Shown here piece after piece: positions 1 to 7,346 of a DNA stretch of 64,000 nucleotides. Made by a program: the position numbers and the translations under genes. The notes beneath the pieces were generated by a model, which saw nothing but the letters and a program-made list of their open reading frames with translations, did no database searches and had not been told where the DNA came from. Numbering within the stretch: the stretch's first letter is position 1; every line of letters starts with the position of its first letter. Source of the stretch: Eledone cirrhosa (lineage: Eukaryota); assembly GCA_964016885.1 (NCBI GenBank), contig OZ024754.1, forward strand, positions 24,242,001 to 24,306,000, written 5' to 3'.

Positions 1-160
1 CAGTCGGCCGCCCTCGAGTGGATTTTATCTGTTATATTCCTTTGTTATATTTTGAATACCTGATGATGTCACCGGATTCATACTGAACCCGGTCATTGAA
101 ATGATCATAGTATAATAAACCTTTCAAGGATTTACACCAGTCCAGCCTCCTGTTATTTTA
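1..160 (+). mobile_element. 3' end of a PLE-like pseudo-LTR, truncated by the window edge and running into an AT microsatellite
   Basis: HHR plus AATAAA, about 40 nt of extension, then an interrupted (TA)n at 159-257; same layout as the neighbouring elements. Confidence 0.55.
56..113 (+). ncRNA. Minimal type I hammerhead ribozyme, family A (long stem II, possibly degenerate)
   Basis: Stem I ATAC(56-59)/GTAT(110-113); core CTGATGA 60-66; long stem II with ACCGG/CCGGT and TTCA/TGAA; GAAA 98-101; palindromic stem III ATGATCAT 101-108; predicted cleavage after A109 (AUA triplet); AATAAA at 114-119. The base of stem II is non-canonical. Confidence 0.7.
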
Positions 161-222
161 TAATTATATATAAATATATATATATAAATATAAATATATA
201 TATATATAAATATATATATATA

Positions 223-257
<35 letters not shown>

Positions 258-384
258 GAATGTATATATAATGTATTTTGCAATACACTTTATGCTTAAT
301 TAAAAGCATTTTGAAGACCGTATGCTATTGTTTTAGAGTAGTGACAAACTCACTTACTTTAATCTCAGCAAACAAGGGGAGATA

Positions 385-429
385 AGCCGACAAGGCCTTG
401 TTTCGCATTTATTGATGCTTATCAAGGCT
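385..429 (-). ncRNA. Hammerhead ribozyme family B, inverted copy
   Basis: Exact reverse complement of 607-651. Confidence 0.85.
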
Positions 430-606
430 AACTACTCCCTCCTGTCTACTGAGATCACTGATGTTATATTCTTATAGAATTCTAGTAAATAATCAGGAAC
501 TGATTATACAGAGCGGTTGCCGGTCAGGCAGAAATAAAAAATTAGAATTGGAGCTCTGAAATAACAATATAACATCAGTGATCTCAGTAGACAGGAGGGA
601 GTAGTT

Positions 607-651
607 AGCCTTGATAAGCATCAATAAATGCGAAACAAGGCCTTGTCGGCT
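607..651 (+). ncRNA. Minimal type I hammerhead ribozyme, family B (U3-A8 core variant)
   Basis: Stem I AGCC(607-610)/GGCT(648-651); core TTGATAA 611-617; stem II GCAT-caataa-ATGC 618-631; GAAA 632-635; palindromic stem III ACAAGGCCTTGT 635-646; GUC triplet with predicted cut after C647. Confidence 0.85.
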
Positions 652-812
652 TATCTCCCCTTGTTTGCTGAGATTAAAGTAAGTGAGTTTGTCACTACTC
701 TAAAACAATAGCATACGGTCTTCAAAATGCTTTTAATTAAGCATAAAGTGTATTGCAAAATACATTATATATACATTCATATATATATTGCTATTTCAGA
801 ACTCCAATTCTA

Positions 813-857
<45 letters not shown>

Positions 858-872
858 AAAAAATGGGGAGAA

Positions 873-943
<71 letters not shown>

Positions 944-953
<10 letters not shown>

Positions 954-1346
954 TAAACGGAATAGAAAATGCTGACAAATTGTTCACAGTTGAAAAATGG
1001 TTTAATTAGGAATAAAAGAGTATTAGTGATTGTATGGGTTAGTATTCAGTTGTGGTTTTAAGTTTTTAAGTTTTTACCGGTTGCGCATTTCTAAATGCTT
1101 TTCAAAAATAATTTTGAGATAGAGTGTCCGAGATCTCAAAATTATTTTTGAAAAGCATTTAGAAATGCGCAACCGGTAAAAACTTAAAAACTTAAAACCA
1201 CAACTGAATACTAACCCATACAATCACTAATACTCTTTTATTCCTAATTAAACCATTTTTCAACTGTGAACAATTTGTCAGCATTTTCTATTCCGTTTAC
1301 CAATATATAATAACTTAATAACTTGTGTGTTACACCTCTATTCTTT

Positions 1347-1351
<5 letters not shown>
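944..1351. repeat. Long palindrome (177-bp arms, 12-nt loop) with a ~41-nt tail, between (TA)n tracts
   Basis: 944-1120 is the reverse complement of 1133-1309; loop AGAGTGTCCGAG; unpaired extension 1310-1351; (TA)n at 875-950 and 1351-1428. No HHR core seen. Confidence 0.9.
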
Positions 1352-1433
<82 letters not shown>

Positions 1434-1774
1434 GTGTGTGTATATATAATATATATATATAAACAGTATTCAAGAATGTCTTACTAATGCGGTTTCGTGT
1501 GGAACAGGACGTTAAGAGTTAAATAATTTTTGCCAATGCAGATCCCACTAGTTGAATAGAACTGTTTTTTTTATTTTATTTTATACTAAATGCAGATATG
1601 TTAATAATTACACGAGATCTTTTCATAGAAATATATACATAAGTAGATAAATAAATAACTAACGAACTAGTAAATGCGACATGTTCTGCACTCTCTTTTT
1701 CTTCTGTATTTACGTCTCGAACGATAACGATTCGCTGTTCCGGTTGTCAGCTGTTATGAATGAATAGCTGGTAT

Positions 1775-1901
1775 GAACACATACACACACATATATATTA
1801 CATAAATTCATACATACATGTACACAAACAGACACACACACATACTTACATACATATACATGCATGTACACAAACAAACACACGCTCACACACATATGTA
1901 A

Positions 1902-1967
<66 letters not shown>

Positions 1968-1992
1968 ATATACATATATGTGTGTGCGTGTT

Positions 1993-2028
<36 letters not shown>

Positions 2029-2107
2029 TGTATATAAATATATATGCATATATATAGATGTTTGTATACACACACACATCTACACACAGAGACACACATA
2101 CACACAC
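1775..2107. repeat. Compound (CA)/(TA)/(TG) microsatellite region
   Basis: Alternating purine-pyrimidine tracts, directly visible. Confidence 0.9.
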
Positions 2108-2155
2108 TAAGAAGATCACTACGTTAGGAAATCTGCTAATGTATGTATTTACTTA

Positions 2156-2208
2156 AGAAAGAAGGAAAGAAAGAAGGAAAGAAAGAAGGAAAGAAAGAAG
2201 GAAAGAAA
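2156..2208. repeat. Polypurine repeat with a 12-bp unit (GAAGGAAAGAAA), about 4 copies
   Basis: GAAGG recurs at 2161, 2173, 2185 and 2197. Confidence 0.85.
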
Positions 2209-2375
2209 CGGCAAAGAAAATCTTTACATTTTGTTTAAATTTATTTCGTTTACTTAGCAAAATACTAAGTACATTTTCAGCTATTCCTTAAAATATATTC
2301 CATATTTCCACAGACTTTCATTGAAACCAAAATCTTACACTCGAAAACCGGAAATTCAAATACGAACATTTTAGA

Positions 2376-2597
2376 AATAATAACGTTTTTTCTAATTTAG
2401 GCACAAGAACAGCAATATTGTGTGTGGGTGAGGATCGAAGAGGTGTGAGGGGTGTGTGGCATTACATCATCCTTTATGTTTTATGCTGGTACTTTATTAT
2501 ATCCATCCCCGAACGGAAAATTAAACTCTAGACGTAAAGAGTTGTAATTGAATATTGAAAAGAATTCTGCACGATGATCTAACGATTCACCCAATAT
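2376..2597 (-). mobile_element. Degenerate SINE copy, same family as 12016-12298
   Basis: Reverse-complement matches to the plus-strand copies: ctaatttaggcacaag vs cttgtgcctaaatcag, tactttattatatc vs gataaaataaagta, and a (TAA) tail. Confidence 0.6.
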
Positions 2598-2849
2598 TTC
2601 CCAATAGTATCGATTTCTAATTATAGTTTGAATTATATATAAGTGTTTAGTAACATATTTTAATGAATAATTTACTTCAATAATCTAACACAGTAGGAGT
2701 TCATACAAAATTGTTTTGAAAATATTATAGGTAGCCGTGTGTACAGTTTATTCCAATACATTATCGTATTTTGAGCTGATATAACTTTTTCACCTACAGC
2801 GTTCCAGTTTTTATATTTGAAAACGAATTTCTTTATATGTTTGTGTGTG

Positions 2850-2930
<81 letters not shown>

Positions 2931-3077
2931 GTTAAAATACTGGAGCGTATTGGAGTTAAACACCCTCTTCGTATTATAGAAATGACAGTAAAAGGTATAG
3001 CTCAATGTAGTTAAACAGAGCCGAAGAATTAAGAAAGTAAAACAAAGAAGCCTTCAATACATCAAAAGTCTTTATTA

Positions 3078-3115
3078 GCCGACAATGTTTCGTCCTATTA
3101 AGGACTCATCAGGGC
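3078..3115 (-). ncRNA. Hammerhead ribozyme family C, inverted copy
   Basis: Exact reverse complement of 4340-4377. Confidence 0.92.
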
Positions 3116-4339
3116 AATTAAAACAACAAGAAGTATTATCGGCCAATACAAGCCGGAAACTCCGAAGAATATGGAGTGTACATACACTAAAGTATTGCAA
3201 GATTATGGGTAAAAATATATAATAAAAATAATAAAAATATATAATAAAAATTACTAAGGAGGTGTATAACATTAAGAACCATATTACAAATATAGTCCAA
3301 AGCAAAAAACCCCTAGAGCTAAACAAAGGTGGTTATATAGAGCAGGAATTATATATAATACAATGTAATATAATATAATATACTTTACCAATATTAAAAT
3401 TACAATAAAAATTAAAAGGTACAATATACATATGTATATATGTACGCACACATACACATACATCAATACACATATCCATCTTCAACTGCACAAATTAAAC
3501 CTTATTAAGAGTTTAAATATAAATAAGCATGATAGGAATGAAAATAATAATAATAATAATAATACATATACCCAATATACATGAGGTAATAATATGATAT
3601 TATTATAAGTAGCACATATAATAAATAATAAACTATACAATTATATACTATATAATATAATATAATAGAATAGATAATCTCCGGTTAATTTACACAAACA
3701 ATATAGATGTCGCAATAATACTATAATAATAATATACTAACATTTATAATATACAATATATAATGGCATTCAAGTTAACAAATCAATTCATATAGAGTTA
3801 CAGAGTAGGTGAGGAAAAATAAATTGTACAATACCCAAAATTATGATGGTACAAAAATATAAACATCTTACATGATATATAAAGTTTAACATATCATAAT
3901 GTTACATATAATTAACGGTAAGTAATAAGGATCGATATTACAATAACAAATACAATATAATATAATATATTATATAAAATAATTAACATAATATAATATA
4001 TAATTACTTCTAATTACAAGGTTGGTAAACAGACGTGTATGTGGATGAGTGAGTAAGGGCCAGACAGTAAATATAATGCACAGTAGTATTACAAATAAAA
4101 TATAAAATATAAAATATAGAATAAAATAAATAAATAGAATCAACCGGAAATTAAAAAACAAAAACAAAAGTATACATTTAGGTCTCACATGCAGTTAAGT
4201 AAAAACTAAGGAAATAACCCCGGTAAATGACTCGAAAACCCTATTTGATAAATTAATATTAAAAATATTTAAAATATCCAATAAGGCAGTATAAGTTTCC
4301 GGCTTGTATTGGCCGATAATACTTGTTGTTGTTTTAATT

Positions 4340-4377
4340 GCCCTGATGAGTCCTTAATAGGACGAAACATTGTCGGC
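4340..4377 (+). ncRNA. Minimal type I hammerhead ribozyme, family C (canonical core)
   Basis: Stem I GCC(4340-4342)/GGC(4375-4377); CTGATGA 4343-4349; stem II GTCCT-taat-AGGAC 4350-4363; GAAA 4364-4367; quasi-palindromic stem III ACA-T-TGT; GUC triplet with cut after C4374; AATAAA 4379-4384. Confidence 0.92.
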
Positions 4378-4422
4378 TAATAAAGACTTTTGATGTATTG
4401 AAGGCTTCTTTGTTTTACTTTC

Positions 4423-4479
<57 letters not shown>

Positions 4480-4486
<7 letters not shown>

Positions 4487-4692
4487 AGAAAAAAAGAGAA
4501 TCACTGTTGCGACGAATGGAATTTATTGGACATATTACGATCGTAATAATATTGTAATATTATTATGATCGATTGTAATGTGTCCAATAAATTCCATTCG
4601 TCGCAACACTGATTCTCTTTTTTTCTGTGATATCATACTCTGCTCTATGAGAGCATCGAGTGCTCATACGGACGCTTTAAGCATCCAACACC

Positions 4693-4696
<4 letters not shown>
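4480..4696. repeat. Imperfect palindrome (4480-4633) with a ~63-nt tail, between (TA)n tracts
   Basis: ATATCACAGAAAAAAAGAGAATCA...TGATTCTCTTTTTTTCTGTGATAT arms pair to a centre at AATATT-gt-AATATT with a few mismatches and an indel; (TA)n follows at 4696-4759. Confidence 0.85.
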
Positions 4697-4767
<71 letters not shown>

Positions 4768-4769
4768 AT

Positions 4770-4997
4770 CATCCTACCATCTTATAATACCATCATTTGA
4801 TGACCAGGTTGACCACAAACTGTATTGACACAGCAATAAGATAGCTCTACCATCTAACCATTCATAATAAAAGACCAAGTGACCAAGAGCTGAATTAACA
4901 CAACTATAAGATAGCTCTACCATCCTACCATCCTACCATCATACCATCATACCATCTTACCATCTTACCATCTTACACCATCTTACACCATCTTACA
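4770..4997. repeat. Degenerate ACCATC-based tandem repeat with a 19-bp direct repeat
   Basis: ATAAGATAGCTCTACCATC at 4836 and 4906; ACCATCYT-like units at 4918-4996. Confidence 0.7.
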
Positions 4998-5159
4998 AGC
5001 GTTTCTAAATAAATACAATTAAATATTATAAACAATAGTTATGGTGTAGAAACCTGCTGCTAAGTTGGAGAAGAGATGAGTAACTTTCACTTCCATAATT
5101 TAAGCTGTCTACCCGAATTTCATATGTAAAATGACTTGCCATTATAATTTAGAAAGAAA

Positions 5160-5378
5160 ATCATCATCATTATCATCATCATCTTCTTCTTCTTCTTCTT
5201 CTTCTTCTTCTTCTTCTTCTTCTTCTTCTTCTTCTTCTTCTTCTTCTTCTTCTTCTTCTTCTTCTTCTTCTTCTTCTTCTTCTTCTTCCGCCCAATCGTC
5301 ATCACTTCAATCATCATCACCACCACCATCACCATCATCGTCATTATTACTACTATTATTATTATTGTTATTATTGTT
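5160..5378. repeat. Compound trinucleotide microsatellite (TCA)/(TTC)~35/(CCA)/(TTA)
   Basis: Directly visible; pure TTC tract at about 5182-5288. Confidence 0.95.
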
Positions 5379-5616
5379 TACTTACATGAGGATAAAAAAC
5401 AAACATCTTGAGTTCTCTCTTAAAAGGCATTAAAACACATTCTGACGCCGAGCTGTCGGCTTGCCTTCGCACGATGCTCATCTTAAACACATATTAAGAT
5501 ACGCTTAAATTCCAAATAAACTATTAATCCGAAGACGTGTGCAAGCCGACCATAATACTCAAGTGTGTGTATGTGTGTGTGGTACTCATATATATATGTT
5601 CTATACATATATGCAT

Positions 5617-5744
<128 letters not shown>

Positions 5745-6233
5745 ATATGTGTATATGTATCTATACATATAAAGTTGTAGTTCCTGTCTGTCTGTTTGTT
5801 CACGAACTCCTCCTATAGTTTTGGAGATGAGCCCCGTAACCATATATATTCTGAAACTACATTGCCCAGGGTACTTGGATAAGTATTTTTCCTTTTAATC
5901 AAAAGGCACAAACCCCCGCTGAAAATGTTTTCCCTTCGATTTATATGAAATCTAAACCATAGGTAAATGACAAGATATGATGCCTATTCAAAAAAGTTTT
6001 GAATTGATATTTTGAAAAAAATGATTTACAAGAAACAAAATAAGAATAAGATTTAATAATGTAATTTTGATTTGACATATTACAAAAAATAATGTTTTCC
6101 AATTTTTCATGCATTACATTTTACATTGAGTAATATTGAAATGCAGAGTTTTTCTCCATAAATTATATCACTGATTTAAAATCAATCATCATTTTCTTAC
6201 AAAAAAAAAAATATTGAAACGCACCAAGGCACG

Positions 6234-6235
<2 letters not shown>

Positions 6236-6306
<71 letters not shown>
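6236..6306. repeat. (TA)n(GA)n microsatellite
   Basis: Directly visible. Confidence 0.95.
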
Positions 6307-6509
6307 CAATTTCATCTTGTGATTTGAAGTTTTTCTTCACTATTCAAATAGAACTCACAACATTAAGTTCTTGTCTGAATATGTCACTATCTGTAAACCA
6401 ACTTTTGTATTTTATCTGATGAGGGCGTACCAAAATTTTGGTACCCTTGAAATATATATAATAAAATAAATATGGTTTTATAAAGATAGTTTCCATTTAT
6501 TAATATTAT

Positions 6510-6621
<112 letters not shown>

Positions 6622-6632
6622 GAAAAATGTAT

Positions 6633-7305
6633 GACCCCGACAGCAGAGATCAAGCCGTTTCGACGGCTATTTCCAGAAATATGTGACACCTGTAAAGAAG
6701 TCAACCAGGTATAACTGGAATGGGACCTCAGTGGAACTCCTGGTTCAAATGAGACCAGAAAGTTGATAACCACGTTATCAAGTGGAGGGCAGAAAACTAC
6801 AGTGTTTTAAATGTGGGAAAACACACACATAAAAGCATTCTGCTCAATGCTGAACGCAGAAAACCCGAACAAGATGTTGCTACCAACACCCAAACCTCAA
6901 CAGCAACACCCGAAAACCAAAAACACAACCCCAAAATCCTCAACATCCACCTCACCATCACAAACTACAAAAGACACCAAACCAAAAATTCCCCCGAATG
7001 ACTCTATCCTACCCCTTCCCCTTCTGTCTAACACTCTCACAAACGCACACACAAACATTCCACCACCACACAACATACCCCTTCCCCATACCTCCAATGA
7101 TAACACCTCAGACACAGGAACCTCTACATCTCCAAGTGAGGATGAAGAGGAACCCCCAAAAATCCAAGAAACAAAAAAGTAACAAAAGAAATACAAAAAC
7201 AAAAATATCCACCGTGTCTTGCTAAAAGGATTCCCTCCCTCCCCAAGCACTCCCAGTTTGGACATGGAGATCGAACAACCCGACCTCCAGCAAACTAAAA
7301 GGTAA
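6633..7305 (+). pseudogene. LINE ORF1 C-terminal remnant (gag-like, CCHC zinc knuckle, Pro/Thr/Ser-rich tail)
   Basis: VEGRKLQCFKCG/ENTHIKAFC at 6782-6843 forms CX2CX4HX4C across a frameshift; internal stop at 7180-7182; the frame ends at TAA 7303-7305. Confidence 0.75.
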
Positions 7306-7346
7306 GTGTTCCTGCCCTTTTCTCTCCCTAACTCTTCTTCACCAAC

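Larger units (their letters stand above)
248..816 (+). mobile_element. Non-autonomous PLE-like foldback element: inverted pseudo-LTR pair plus reverse-complement tail
   Basis: Inverted arms 248-470 and 566-788 (about 223 bp, no mismatch noticed), 95-bp spacer, HHR in each arm. Tail 784-816 is the reverse complement of 538-570 with 2 mismatches. (TA)n lies on both sides. Confidence 0.8.
2927..4427. mobile_element. Non-autonomous PLE-like element of about 1.5 kb with inverted HHR-bearing terminal arms
   Basis: Arms 3028-3161 and 4294-4427 (134 bp, 1 mismatch); 1.13-kb very AT-rich non-coding interior; 100-bp extension 2927-3027; (TA)n on both sides (2850-2926 and 4426-4483). Confidence 0.8.

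Noticed and set aside
2930-3014. Peptide VKILERIGVKHPLRIIEM, resembling the ILE...R..E segment of PLE GIY-YIG endonucleases; also YIGK at ~946
   Set aside because: Too short, with no other endonuclease motifs; a profile-HMM hit would be needed.
248-4427. Interpreting the inverted arms as DNA-transposon or MITE TIRs
   Set aside because: The arms are asymmetric (extension on one side only) and contain hammerhead motifs, which fits PLE pseudo-LTR inversions better. It is not fully excluded for the two HHR-less palindromes.
5840-6237. Possible Tc1/mariner-like end (..GCACGGG-TA) on an AT-rich segment
   Set aside because: No matching opposite TIR and no transposase remnant were found.
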